NCBI RefSeq assembly: GCF_045110935.1
Contig: NZ_JBJGWJ010000009.1
Strand: one strand, 5' to 3'
Origin: Capnocytophaga stomatis
GTDB taxonomy: Bacteria; Bacteroidota; Bacteroidia; Flavobacteriales; Flavobacteriaceae
DNA length: 64,000 nt
In this document: in pieces, positions 30,784 through 40,996 of the stretch
Layout: every line of letters begins with the position of its first letter
Numbering within the stretch: the first letter of the stretch is position 1
Translations under genes and position numbers: made by a program
Notes under the pieces: generated by a model
What the model was told of the DNA's origin: nothing
Databases searched by the model: none
Seen by the model: the letters and a program-made list of their open reading frames with translations, nothing else

Positions 30784-32043
30784 ATGAATTTTGACCGAAT
30801 CAACGAAAAACTTTCCATATTAGCCGATGCTGCGAAATATGACGTTTCTTGTTCTTCCAGCGGAGGAAACAGAAAAAACAGTAAAGGAGGATTGGGAAAT
30901 TCTTCTTTTTCAGGGATTTGCCATACTTATACGGAAGACGGAAGATGCGTTTCTTTATTGAAAATTTTGCTTACAAATCATTGTATTTACGATTGCATTT
31001 ACTGTGTTTCCAGAAAAAGTAACAATATTAAGCGGGCTGCTTTCACGGTTGAAGAGGTCGTGAATTTGACGATTAATTTCTACAAAAGAAATTATATTGA
31101 AGGATTGTTCTTAAGTTCGGGCGTTTTTAAAAATCCTGATTACACAATGGAACGCTTGGTTCGTATAGCGAAAGAACTCAGATTAACACACAAATTTAAC
31201 GGATACATACACCTGAAAACCATTCCGGGAGCTTCCGAAGAATTGCTTCTTGAGGCTGGTTTGTACGCAGATAGATTGAGTATAAATCTTGAAATTCCTA
31301 CCGTTTCAGGATTGAAACTTCTTGCTCCCGAAAAAAATCATCAGGAAATGATGAAACCAATGGATTATGTTAAAAATGAGATTATTAGGCATAAAGTCGA
31401 AAAGAAAATCATCAAATCCACCCCGAAATATGCTCCTGCAGGGCAAAGCAGTCAATTCATAATCGGAGCAGCCGGAGAGACTGATATTCAGATTATAAGA
31501 AGTGCCGATTACTTTTATAAAAAATTTAATTTGAAGCGTGTCTACTATTCTGGTTATGTGCCAATAACTGAGGATAATAGGCTTCCGGCTCTTTCCACAC
31601 CCGTGCCTATGGTTCGGGAAAATCGATTGTATCAAGCCGATTGGTTGATGCGTTTTTACGGATTTCAGGCACAAGAAATCCTTGAGCCTAACAATCCTTT
31701 TTTAGATTTAGAAATTGACCCGAAATTGGCTTGGGCATTGAGGAATATAGATAAATTCCCGGTGAATTTACAAATAGCACCTTTAGAAATGATTTTGAGA
31801 GTACCCGGAATAGGGCAAATTTCAGCCAGAAAAATTGTAAATGCACGAAGATTTCAAACTATTGGAATAGAGCATCTTAAGAAGATGGGAGTGGCTGTTA
31901 ACAGAGCCAAGTTTTTTATTGATTTTTCGGTGTCTAATCCTTTCTTAAAACATTTAGATACAGTGTATTTGCGTCAAATTATTCTGAAAAACTCTCAATC
32001 AAAATATAAAAAGGATTTTTCGCAACAATTGAGTTTATTCTGA
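30784..32043 (+). CDS. Putative DNA modification/repair radical SAM protein
   Basis: 419 aa with a radical-SAM CxxxCxxC motif (CIYDCIYC). It is fused to a helix-hairpin-helix-like C-terminus and translationally coupled (ATGA overlap) to a UDG-like gene. Confidence 0.75.
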   Translation: MNFDRINEKLSILADAAKYDVSCSSSGGNRKNSKGGLGNSSFSGICHTYTEDGRCVSLLKILLTNHCIYDCIYCVSRKSNNIKRAAFTVEEVVNLTINFYKRNYIEGLFLSSGVFKNPDYTMERLVRIAKELRLTHKFNGYIHLKTIPGASEELLLEAGLYADRLSINLEIPTVSGLKLLAPEKNHQEMMKPMDYVKNEIIRHKVEKKIIKSTPKYAPAGQSSQFIIGAAGETDIQIIRSADYFYKKFNLKRVYYSGYVPITEDNRLPALSTPVPMVRENRLYQADWLMRFYGFQAQEILEPNNPFLDLEIDPKLAWALRNIDKFPVNLQIAPLEMILRVPGIGQISARKIVNARRFQTIGIEHLKKMGVAVNRAKFFIDFSVSNPFLKHLDTVYLRQIILKNSQSKYKKDFSQQLSLF

Positions 32044-32801
32044 TGGTACAAATGATTTATGACGGTAGTTTTGAAGGATTACTTACTGCCGTTTTTGAAG
32101 TGTTTGAGTACAAATATGATGATGTTGATATTGTAGATAATCAGCTTGTTACGGATCATTTGTTTGCTGAAAAACATTTCGTGATTACTAGTTCGGAAAA
32201 GGCAGAACGCGTTGTAAAAGGCATTGAAAAGTACGCAGGCAAAACGGCTGTGAAAATGTTACTTTTGGTTTTTCTGTCAGAAAATGAAATCCGAGAAAAA
32301 TTGATTTTGTATGCAGTAAAATATCTCGTTCAGGAAAAGAGAAATATTTTCCAGAATTTTGCAGATAATTATATAATGCAGATTTCCAAAATAATAAAAT
32401 CCGTAAGAAGAGAAAAACATCGTATGGAGGCTTTTGTGCGTTTTCAGCAACTTCAAGATTCTTCGTTTTACGCCCATATTGAGCCGGATTTTGATGTTTT
32501 GCCTCTTATCGTTCTACACTTCAAAAATCGATATGCTTCTCAAAAATGGATGATTTATGACCTTCGAAGAGCGTACGGAGTTCATTATGATTTAGAACAA
32601 ATTGATTTCTTTGTGCCTGATGCTCAGATGAAAATGAACCTTCACAATCCTTCACATCTTTTGCACGAAAAAGAACATAATTTTGAACTGCTTTGGAAGA
32701 ATTATTTCAATAGCACGAACATTAAAGAACGCAGAAATAAAAAACTTCATCTACAACATCTTCCCAAAAGATATTGGAAGTATCTCACAGAAAAGAAGTA
32801 A
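32043..32801 (+). CDS. Probable DNA metabolism protein (uracil-DNA-glycosylase-like domain partner of the radical SAM protein)
   Basis: 252 aa. The start codon overlaps the radical SAM stop. This conserved two-gene pairing is known from many genomes. Confidence 0.7.
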   Translation: MVQMIYDGSFEGLLTAVFEVFEYKYDDVDIVDNQLVTDHLFAEKHFVITSSEKAERVVKGIEKYAGKTAVKMLLLVFLSENEIREKLILYAVKYLVQEKRNIFQNFADNYIMQISKIIKSVRREKHRMEAFVRFQQLQDSSFYAHIEPDFDVLPLIVLHFKNRYASQKWMIYDLRRAYGVHYDLEQIDFFVPDAQMKMNLHNPSHLLHEKEHNFELLWKNYFNSTNIKERRNKKLHLQHLPKRYWKYLTEKK

Positions 32802-32805
32802 AATC

Positions 32806-33438
32806 TTATAAAAGCTCAATGCTATTTCTGTTGAGTTTTATTTTTTGCTCTTTTTCAAAATTTTTCAACAGTCGGGAAATAACAACGCGTGAGCTATTTA
32901 GCTCTCCTGCAATCTCTAGGTGTGTTTTGTTAATGATTTTTGAATTTTCAATTTTGCTTCGTTCTGTAAGATAGTTGTATAGTCGTTCATTCATATTCAT
33001 AAACGCAATGTTATCTATGGCAGAAAGTAGTTCCTCAAAACGATTGTTGTAACTTTCAAAAACAAAAGCTCGCCAACTTCTGTATTTTCCTGACCATTCT
33101 TCCATTTTTTGAATGGGAATCATTGCTACAATTCCGTCTGTTTCGGCAATGGCTCTGATTTCACTTTTTTTGTTTCCTGTGCTACAACCCAAAGTCATAG
33201 CACAAGTGTTGCCTTTTTCAATAAAGTAGAGCAATAACTCACCAATATCAAAATCTCTTCGCATAACTTTGATGGTTCCGCATAAGATTAAAGGTACCGC
33301 CTTGATGTACATCCCGATATCCATTATAACATCGTCCTCCTTAAATTCCACAAAGTGAGCGACATCAATTATTTCAGAAATTAATTCCTTTTCAAAGGTA
33401 TGATTATAAGCTTCTGTGACTAATTCTCTGTAAGTCAT
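32806..33438 (-). CDS. Crp/Fnr-family transcriptional regulator
   Basis: 210 aa with a cNMP-binding-like beta-barrel and a C-terminal HTH (…ELNSSRVVISRLLKNFEKE…). Confidence 0.75.
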   Translation of the reverse strand: MTYRELVTEAYNHTFEKELISEIIDVAHFVEFKEDDVIMDIGMYIKAVPLILCGTIKVMRRDFDIGELLLYFIEKGNTCAMTLGCSTGNKKSEIRAIAETDGIVAMIPIQKMEEWSGKYRSWRAFVFESYNNRFEELLSAIDNIAFMNMNERLYNYLTERSKIENSKIINKTHLEIAGELNSSRVVISRLLKNFEKEQKIKLNRNSIELL

Positions 33439-33563
33439 TTTGTTACTGTTTTAGTCAATAATTTATTCTGATTTTCTGAACTTATCAACAAGGAAAATTT
33501 ATAAGATAAATACAGAAAAATCTGCTTGTGCAAATTTACGATATTATCTTGAAAATGTAACAA

Positions 33564-33986
33564 TTAATGAGGTAATTTATCTTTTAAAACTCCGTACAGA
33601 TACGTTCCAATCAAGGCACCCACGATAGCAATCAAAATTGACCAAACACCAGCTCCTAACAATACGAACATTGGTCCCGGACAAGCTCCGACTAACGCCC
33701 AACCTAACCCGAAGAAAGTTCCACCAATTAAATAACGAGCAATTTTTCTTTCCTTAGGTGGAATAACAATCGGATTGCCGTCAAAATCTTTTTCGTTTGT
33801 TCGTTTTATGTATTGAATTCCCAATACTCCAACAGCTAAAGCTCCTCCGATAAATCCGTACATATGAAATGATTGAAAGTGAAACATTTCATAAATTCTG
33901 AACCAAGAAGCAGTTTCAGTTTTGTACATCACGATGCCAAAAACAATTCCTAAAAGTATGTAAACCAGATTTTTCATTTTATCCAA
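33564..33986 (-). CDS. YeeE/YedE family membrane protein (C-terminal half-type)
   Basis: 140 aa and hydrophobic, with a conserved GxCxGP motif (VGACPGP). Confidence 0.7.
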   Translation of the reverse strand: MDKMKNLVYILLGIVFGIVMYKTETASWFRIYEMFHFQSFHMYGFIGGALAVGVLGIQYIKRTNEKDFDGNPIVIPPKERKIARYLIGGTFFGLGWALVGACPGPMFVLLGAGVWSILIAIVGALIGTYLYGVLKDKLPH

Positions 33987-34530
33987 ATATTAAAGGTAAC
34001 AACAAATGAGACATTATAAGCCCTCCGATAAAGAAGCCTATTACAGCAATTAAAGAACCAAGTTGCAGGTCGCTAAGTCCTGAAATAGCGTGCCCTGATG
34101 TACAACCTCCGGCATAACGCGTTCCAAAACCAATAAGTAAACCGCCAATAAGCAGAATTAATATATTTTTTACGGACAAATCATTGAAAAGCTCTGAAGG
34201 TGAGTACATTGTGCCTGCACTTTCAAAACCAAGTTGCTTGAGTTCTACGATAGTTTCTTCGGAAATTGCAGGAACTTGATTATCAGAAAGGAAGTGAAAA
34301 GCAATTGTTCCTCCTAAAATTGAACCTACAAGAAATAATAAATTCCATCGTTGAGATTTCCAATCGAAATTGAAGAAACTACACGATTTGCCTGCTCCCA
34401 TTGCCGAACAAAGCGTTCTGAAATTAGAAGAAAATCCGAAACTTTTTCCCAGTAAAATGAGTAAAATCATTAGTAAGCCAACTAAAGGTCCGCCCACGTA
34501 CCACGGCCAAGGCTGCGTAATCCATTCCAT
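33979..34530 (-). CDS. YeeE/YedE family membrane protein (N-terminal half-type, sulfur-compound transporter family)
   Basis: 183 aa with a GGCTSGHAISG motif. It overlaps its partner by 8 nt. Confidence 0.7.
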   Translation of the reverse strand: MEWITQPWPWYVGGPLVGLLMILLILLGKSFGFSSNFRTLCSAMGAGKSCSFFNFDWKSQRWNLLFLVGSILGGTIAFHFLSDNQVPAISEETIVELKQLGFESAGTMYSPSELFNDLSVKNILILLIGGLLIGFGTRYAGGCTSGHAISGLSDLQLGSLIAVIGFFIGGLIMSHLLLPLIFG

Positions 34531-34635
34531 AAAAGAGTATTTTGTATTTTAATCGGCGGCAAAAGTAATATATCACAAACAATGATTCTGTAACAAAAGT
34601 TACATAGAGTAGGACGGGTGGAATGAAATGCTTAA

Positions 34636-35769
34636 TTGTTGAATATTTTTCTATTTTTGCGAAAAAAATCTGCAATGAGGAAAATATTTTTTTTACTGCT
34701 ATTAACTTTTGTTTTCAAAATAAATGCTCAGCAATCAGGCAATACGATGTCTCTTTTGTTTATGGGAGATGTGATGGGGCACAGTCCACAAATTGACGGA
34801 GCATATAATCCTGAAACAAAAACCTATGATTATCAGCCCGTTTTTGAAAAAGTGAAGCATTTATTTGAGAAAGTTGATTTTGCGATTGCTAATTTGGAGG
34901 TAACTCTGGCAGGAAAACCTTACAAGGGATATCCGCAATTTTCGTCGCCCGACGCTTTGGCAGTTGCTTGCAAAGAAAGCGGAATTGATGCTTTTGTTAC
35001 AGCAAATAACCATTCTTGCGACAGAGGTAAAGATGGAATAATCAGAACTTTAGATGTTTTGGATTCACTTGGAATGGCTCACACGGGAACTTTCCGAAAT
35101 CAAGAAGATTTTGATGAAAATAATCTTCTGATTTTGTCAAAAAATGGGATAACTGTTGGGATTTTGAATTATACGTATGGCACAAATGGTTTGCCTATTC
35201 CTGAACCTACCATAGTGAATTTGATTGATTTAGAGAAGATTAAATTAGATTTACAAAAGGCAAAAGAGAAGAATCTTGATAAGCTAATCGCGGTAATTCA
35301 TTGGGGAGTGGAATATCAGCAAAAACAGAACAAGAAACAGGAAGAAATTGCGGATTTTTTGTTTTCTAACGGAGTTGATATAATCATTGGAGGGCATCCG
35401 CACGTTTTACAACCGATGTATTACACCCCGATGACAGGCTTGCATAACGAACGTTTGGTGGTATATTCTTTAGGAAATTTTGTTTCAAATCAGCGAAAAA
35501 GTCCTTGTGATGGTGGTGCAATGCTGGAGATAACATTGTTTAAGGACGGGCAAGCAACTCAAATTATTGACCACGGTTATCATTTGGTTTGGGTGAATAA
35601 AACCCAGAAAATCAACAGTAAACATCATCTTTTTGAGATACTTCCTTGTAAGGAATATGAATCTGAAAACTTCAAAGATTTAGATGAAAAAGCAATCGAA
35701 TCAATGAATATTTTTATTGAAAATTCACGAAACTTATTTAAAAACAATATTTTAGTCAGAGAAAAATAG
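34636..35769 (+). CDS. CapA/PgsA-family metallophosphoesterase (poly-gamma-glutamate capsule synthesis-like)
   Basis: 377 aa with a signal peptide. The MRKIFFLLLL start at 34674 is more likely. Metallophosphatase motifs are GDVMGH, GGHPHVLQP and ANNH. Confidence 0.7.
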   Translation: MLNIFLFLRKKSAMRKIFFLLLLTFVFKINAQQSGNTMSLLFMGDVMGHSPQIDGAYNPETKTYDYQPVFEKVKHLFEKVDFAIANLEVTLAGKPYKGYPQFSSPDALAVACKESGIDAFVTANNHSCDRGKDGIIRTLDVLDSLGMAHTGTFRNQEDFDENNLLILSKNGITVGILNYTYGTNGLPIPEPTIVNLIDLEKIKLDLQKAKEKNLDKLIAVIHWGVEYQQKQNKKQEEIADFLFSNGVDIIIGGHPHVLQPMYYTPMTGLHNERLVVYSLGNFVSNQRKSPCDGGAMLEITLFKDGQATQIIDHGYHLVWVNKTQKINSKHHLFEILPCKEYESENFKDLDEKAIESMNIFIENSRNLFKNNILVREK

Positions 35770-35828
35770 AATTTATCAGAATATAAAGAGAATAGAGACA
35801 CCATATTTGGCGTCTCTATTTTATTATT

Positions 35829-36209
35829 TTATTTGTCAGGTTCTGAATAAGTTACAATATCTATACCGATGCCGTTTGGGTCTTTGATAGCAAAATGACG
35901 GTCGCCCCAAGGTTCGTTTCGTAATTCAATTTCAATGGGAATGTTTTTGAATTTCAGCTCTTTGTAAACCTCATCTACATTTTCAACTTCAATAGTCAGA
36001 TAAACGCCTTGATTTTGAAAAGGTTGCTGAAAAATAGGCTGTTGGCTCGGATGGTTGGGAAGCAAAAAACTGATTTCTGCCTCTCGGTTGGGAGTGTGAA
36101 GCAAAAGATAAAAATCGTTTTCGAAAGTTACGCCAAAGTTTAAAACTTCAGTATAAAAGGCTTTGGTCTCTGCTAATTTTTCGGTGATAATTCCTGCGTT
36201 AAGTTTCAT
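35829..36209 (-). CDS. VOC/glyoxalase-bleomycin-resistance family protein
   Basis: 126 aa with a beta-alpha-beta-beta-beta VOC module (…GVYLTIEVENVDEVYKELK…). Confidence 0.65.
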   Translation of the reverse strand: MKLNAGIITEKLAETKAFYTEVLNFGVTFENDFYLLLHTPNREAEISFLLPNHPSQQPIFQQPFQNQGVYLTIEVENVDEVYKELKFKNIPIEIELRNEPWGDRHFAIKDPNGIGIDIVTYSEPDK

Positions 36210-36585
36210 TTTTTCTGAATTTTAAATTTTTGCAAAATTATGGCGAGAAGTGAAACTAAAATAGGAAAAAAGGGACGAAAGTTATGGTTTGGAAATTTTT
36301 TCTTCTCTTACAAACCACATTTGACAAGCCTTTCCCGAATCGAAAGTTACTGGGCGTACGAACCTTATGCCGTGTTTTTCGGGTTTTATATCGTTAATCC
36401 AACCTAAATCAATACGACAAACAAACCATCAAAGAAGAGTTATATTTTGCATTAAAAATCTTTTAAAAATTCTACCTAATACCTATATTTTTCATTTAGT
36501 TGTAGATACTTTGTAGATATTTTACTTTGTAAAGAATAGAATTTATCATCTATCTTTGCGTTAGATAAAAAGAAATAAATAAAAA

Positions 36586-36993
36586 ATGAAGATTGGAAGG
36601 CTTTTTCAAAACCAAGAATTCGTATTTTCTGATTTTAACGGACAGAAAATAGAGCAATTAGTAGCTGTATATGATGATTCGCATTGCAAAAATGTTGTAA
36701 TGGTCTATCTTAAAGTAAAAAATCACTCGTGGCATCAATTCTTTTTAGATATTGGCATCGGTTTTTGGGAAAATTGGGGAGAAAATGAAATAGAAATAGA
36801 CGATAACTTTACTTATATTGATAAAACTAACGATTTTGGAATTAAAAATAACATTATTGATAAGATTTGGTGTGAAATTGACACAAATGACAATAGTCAG
36901 ATTAACATCAAACTTACTGATGGTAAACAAATTACTCTAAAAACAGTGTGTAATGCACATTCGGAAAGTGAAGATAAATTAGAAATCAAATAG
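36586..36993 (+). CDS. Hypothetical small cytoplasmic protein (135 aa), first of a three-gene array
   Basis: Open frame with no signal peptide. The next gene follows after 4 nt. Confidence 0.5.
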   Translation: MKIGRLFQNQEFVFSDFNGQKIEQLVAVYDDSHCKNVVMVYLKVKNHSWHQFFLDIGIGFWENWGENEIEIDDNFTYIDKTNDFGIKNNIIDKIWCEIDTNDNSQINIKLTDGKQITLKTVCNAHSESEDKLEIK

Positions 36994-36996
36994 AAT

Positions 36997-37473
36997 ATGT
37001 CAATAATTAACAAAATTTGGAAAACAGAAGAAAAGAAATTGCCTTGTACCAATTGTATTGTTTTTGGCAATGACAATGTTATTATCCTCGATTTTGTAAC
37101 ATACTATGAATCAAACACAAAAAAAAGCTCCGCCGAAATTTCCCCTCTGTGTGACACCACAATAAGCAGCATCTTAAAGTACAATCCGTGTGAAAATTGG
37201 GTTTGGGTGGATATATGGAATGAGTTAATCGCTGATGGCAAGCAAAAATTTGTTTGCGGAGAAGGTTCGTACGGTAATGAAGGTTTTGTTGCTTGTGAAG
37301 ATTTGGAAGGAAATTTGATTTGGGGAATGTTTTTTGACCAAACTAACCCGATTGCAGAGCTGAAAATCATTGATAATATACTAATTGGCATCACAGAACA
37401 TCGTGAATCACAGATAGAAATTAATCTGAAAGACATCACGGATATTAAATTCATAATTTATGACAGAGACTAA
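36997..37473 (+). CDS. Hypothetical small cytoplasmic protein (158 aa), second gene of the array
   Basis: Open frame with several Cys residues. It overlaps the third gene by 14 nt. Confidence 0.5.
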   Translation: MSIINKIWKTEEKKLPCTNCIVFGNDNVIILDFVTYYESNTKKSSAEISPLCDTTISSILKYNPCENWVWVDIWNELIADGKQKFVCGEGSYGNEGFVACEDLEGNLIWGMFFDQTNPIAELKIIDNILIGITEHRESQIEINLKDITDIKFIIYDRD

Positions 37474-37759
37474 TATTTTCAAATTTCGTAATTGGATTTA
37501 CACTAAAAAGATTCCAAACTTGGAAATGGAAATCAGATGCATTCACTTTGAAGAAGGAGAAACACGAACCAAATCAATTGTAGTTGATATAACCAACAAG
37601 AAATACGTTGGTCGTTTTACAATGTGGGAAGATAATAGTTGTGTTATGGAACTTATTGATATAGAATCAGAAAACAATATTTTATTTGATAGATTTGAAT
37701 TTTCCGAATTCGATGATTTTAAAGCCAAATACAATGAATTACTATCGTTCTTTACATAA
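37460..37759 (+). CDS. Hypothetical small cytoplasmic protein (99 aa), third gene of the array
   Basis: Open frame in a translationally coupled arrangement. Confidence 0.45.
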   Translation: MTETNIFKFRNWIYTKKIPNLEMEIRCIHFEEGETRTKSIVVDITNKKYVGRFTMWEDNSCVMELIDIESENNILFDRFEFSEFDDFKAKYNELLSFFT

Positions 37760-37899
37760 ATTTTAATGATTAACTTAAAATCGAATTGTATTTAGTAAAA
37801 CCTTATGATGAAAGAAGCCTATTTTCTTTCGTTCTTTATGATTTTTCGATGTATTTTTTATATCTTTGAGGCATTGGATTTTTAAATTTTCGAAATTAT

Positions 37900-39246
37900 A
37901 TGATAAAAAAATTATTTCTTTCGGTATTTTTCTTAATGTTTTTGAATTTATATTCACAAAATGAGCCTACTAACGACAGATTAGATTGGTTCAAAAATGC
38001 CAAATTAGGGATTTTCATTCACTGGGGATATTATGGCGTAAACGGAATCACAGAATCGTGGTCAATGTACCATAAACGTATTTCCCACGCCGATTATCTG
38101 AAGCAAGGAGAACAATTTACGGCGTCAAACTACAATCCTGAACAGTGGTTGGATTTATTTGAGAAGATAGGAGCTAAATATGTGGTTCTCACAACAAAGC
38201 ATCACGATGGTGTAGCCTTGTGGGATACGAAATACAGCTCTTTAAGCACTGTAAAACACGCAGCTGTAAAAAAAGATTTGCTCTCCCCTTTTGTCAATGC
38301 TGTTCGTAAAAGAAATATGAAATTAGGACTTTACTACTCGCTTTGTGATTGGTCACATCCTGATTATTCGCCGGTTACTTTTGAACGCGTTAAAAATACT
38401 AAAAAATTCTATCCGCAAAAAGGACAACAGAAATTAACCGCTTGGGAACGTTTTGTGAAATTCAATTTTAATCAATTGGGAGAACTAAATGCTTATCGTC
38501 CTGATTTATATTGGTTTGATGGCGATTGGGAACACAAAGCCGAAGAATGGAAATCTGCCGAAATTAGACAATTTTTACTTGATTGGAATCCGAATGTAAT
38601 TGTAAATTCACGACTTAATGAATATGGTGATTACAAAACTCCGGAACAAGGAGTTCCTATTGTTCGTCCTGAAGGTGCTTGGGAATTTTGTATGACGATG
38701 AACGATAATTGGGGCTACTTCCCTTCTGACAAAAATTACAAACCTGTGGCTCAAATCATTCGTACTTTCGTTGAAGTTATCAGTAATGGAGGAAATCTTT
38801 TGCTTAATATAGGTCCGAAACCTGATGGAACAATCGCAGAAGAACAAATCGAACGTTTGAAAGCACTTGGCAAATGGATTGAAAAACACAAAACAGCTGT
38901 TTACAACACTGAAGCTGGGCTTCCGTATGGGCATTTTTACGGACCTACAATGTTAAGTAAAGACCATAAAAAACTTTACTTATGTTTGTTCGACTCTCCG
39001 AAGAATTATATTCAACTGAAAGGCATTCAAACAAAAGTAAAGTCTGTTAAAGTATTGGATTCTGGTGAAAATCTCGCTTTTGAACGTAACGGAGGTGCAG
39101 CTTGGAACAATATTCCAGGTATTCTACGCATTTCTGTTCCTTCAGAAAAATCACTTGACCCTTACGTGACCATTTTGGAAATAGAATTGGAAGACAAACT
39201 CGTACTTTATCGAGGTCACGGAAATGCTGTGGAACTGAATATGTAG
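37900..39246 (+). CDS. Alpha-L-fucosidase (GH29)
   Basis: 448 aa with a signal peptide. GH29 motifs include GIFIHWGYYGV and VLTTKHHDGVALWDT. Confidence 0.85.
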   Translation: MIKKLFLSVFFLMFLNLYSQNEPTNDRLDWFKNAKLGIFIHWGYYGVNGITESWSMYHKRISHADYLKQGEQFTASNYNPEQWLDLFEKIGAKYVVLTTKHHDGVALWDTKYSSLSTVKHAAVKKDLLSPFVNAVRKRNMKLGLYYSLCDWSHPDYSPVTFERVKNTKKFYPQKGQQKLTAWERFVKFNFNQLGELNAYRPDLYWFDGDWEHKAEEWKSAEIRQFLLDWNPNVIVNSRLNEYGDYKTPEQGVPIVRPEGAWEFCMTMNDNWGYFPSDKNYKPVAQIIRTFVEVISNGGNLLLNIGPKPDGTIAEEQIERLKALGKWIEKHKTAVYNTEAGLPYGHFYGPTMLSKDHKKLYLCLFDSPKNYIQLKGIQTKVKSVKVLDSGENLAFERNGGAAWNNIPGILRISVPSEKSLDPYVTILEIELEDKLVLYRGHGNAVELNM

Positions 39247-39891
39247 TTAGCTATTTTTTAACCTTTTAATCGTTTCTATCGGATTTTCTGAGTTAAAAAC
39301 AAAACTTCCTGCCACCAAAGCATCGGCACCGGCGTCAATAAGTTGTTTGGCATTTTTATCACTCACACCTCCGTCAACCTCAATTAGAGCTTTAGAATTT
39401 GTTTTTGTAATGAGCTCTTTGGTTTGACGGATTTTTTTATACGTATTTTCAATGAATGATTGTCCTCCGAAACCCGGATTTACACTCATAAGAAGAACTA
39501 AATCAATATCTTGAATAATATCTTCCAAAACCCAAACAGGAGTATGCGGATTAAGAGCCACACCGGCTTTCATTCCCTCATTTTTGATAGCCTGGATAGT
39601 TCTGTGTAAATGTGTACAAGCCTCATAATGAACGGTTAGTATTTCGCTCCCTAATTTTTTAAAAGTAGAAATATAACGGTCAGGGTCAACAATCATTAAA
39701 TGTACGTCCAAAGGTTTTCGTGCGTGTTTGTTAATGGCATCAAGCACAGGCATTCCGTAAGAAATATTCGGGACAAAAACGCCATCCATTATATCAATGT
39801 GAAACCAATCGGCTTGGCTTTGGTTAACCATTTCCACATCACGTTGCAAATTTCCGAAATCTGCTGCTAACATTGAAGGTGCTAATATCAT
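39247..39891 (-). CDS. rpe: Ribulose-phosphate 3-epimerase
   Basis: 214 aa with MILAPSMLAADFGNLQRDV…HIDIMDGVFVPN, the Rpe TIM-barrel signature. Confidence 0.9.
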   Translation of the reverse strand: MILAPSMLAADFGNLQRDVEMVNQSQADWFHIDIMDGVFVPNISYGMPVLDAINKHARKPLDVHLMIVDPDRYISTFKKLGSEILTVHYEACTHLHRTIQAIKNEGMKAGVALNPHTPVWVLEDIIQDIDLVLLMSVNPGFGGQSFIENTYKKIRQTKELITKTNSKALIEVDGGVSDKNAKQLIDAGADALVAGSFVFNSENPIETIKRLKNS

Positions 39892-40014
39892 TTCTGTTTA
39901 TTTTTGATTTAAGATTAAGTTTACATTTTTAAAGAAAAAACACAAACTTTCAATCTCTTAAAATTCAGATTAAAAGCTTGTGTTTATTTATCATTTACAC
40001 TATTTATCAGTTGA

Positions 40015-40875
40015 TTACAAGTAAGTTTTCAAAATTTTACTTCGGGAAGTATGTTTCAATCGGCGGATTGCTTTTTCCTTGATTTGACGCACACGCTCGC
40101 GAGTAAGTTCAAAGGTTTCCCCAATTTCTTCAAGCGTCATCGCGTGTTGGTCTCCCAATCCGAAATACAAACGAATTACATCCGCTTCACGAGGTGTAAG
40201 TGTTTCCAAAGCTCGCTCTATTTCAGTACGTAAAGAGTCCAATATCAGCTCTTTATCAGGATTTGGTGACTCACTACTACGCAAAACGTCATACAAGTTC
40301 GAATCCTCACCCTCCACCAAAGGAGCATCCATTGAAATATGACGACCCGCATTCTTCATTGATTCTTTTACGTCATTTACCGACATATCCAACTCCTTGG
40401 CAATTTCTTCCGCCGAAGGAACTCGCTCGTGTGCTTGTTCCAAATAAGCATACATTTTGTTGATTTTGTTGATAGAACCAATTTTGTTCAGCGGCAAACG
40501 AACGATTCGGGACTGCTCTGCCAATGCCTGCAAAATAGATTGACGAATCCACCAAACGGCATACGAAATGAATTTAAATCCTCGTGTTTCATCAAAACGC
40601 TGAGCAGCTTTTATAAGCCCAAGATTTCCTTCATTGATTAAGTCAGGAAGTGTAAGACCTTGATTTTGATACTGTTTTGCTACCGACACCACGAAACGTA
40701 AATTTGCTTTCGTTAGTTTTTCCAAAGCGATATTGTCCCCAGCCTTAATACGTTGTGCCAACTCTACCTCTTCATCAGCTGTAATTAAATCCACCTTCCC
40801 TATTTCTTGAAGATATTTATCAAGAGAAGCAGTTTCACGATTGGTTACCTGTTTGGTAATTTTTAGTTGTCTCAT
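40015..40875 (-). CDS. rpoD: RNA polymerase primary sigma factor (sigma-70/RpoD, compact Bacteroidota form)
   Basis: 286 aa spanning regions 1.2 through 4 (…[28 protein letters not shown]…, and a 4.2 [30 protein letters not shown]). Confidence 0.9.
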   Translation of the reverse strand: MRQLKITKQVTNRETASLDKYLQEIGKVDLITADEEVELAQRIKAGDNIALEKLTKANLRFVVSVAKQYQNQGLTLPDLINEGNLGLIKAAQRFDETRGFKFISYAVWWIRQSILQALAEQSRIVRLPLNKIGSINKINKMYAYLEQAHERVPSAEEIAKELDMSVNDVKESMKNAGRHISMDAPLVEGEDSNLYDVLRSSESPNPDKELILDSLRTEIERALETLTPREADVIRLYFGLGDQHAMTLEEIGETFELTRERVRQIKEKAIRRLKHTSRSKILKTYL

Positions 40876-40996
40876 TTAAAAATTATCCTTATTTTTGTGG
40901 TTTCTAAAAAGTACTTTTGTAATGATTACAACCCATTTTACGTTATTTGGGAAAGAAAAGTTACAAAAAGAATTAATTTTAACATTACTTTAACTA

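Noticed and set aside
36238-36408. 56-aa ORF (MARSETKIGKKGRKLWFGNFFFSYKPHLTS…) in the gap before the three-gene array
   Set aside because: It is too short, has no recognisable motif and an odd composition. It is mentioned only as a possible toxin-tip remnant under the immunity-array finding.
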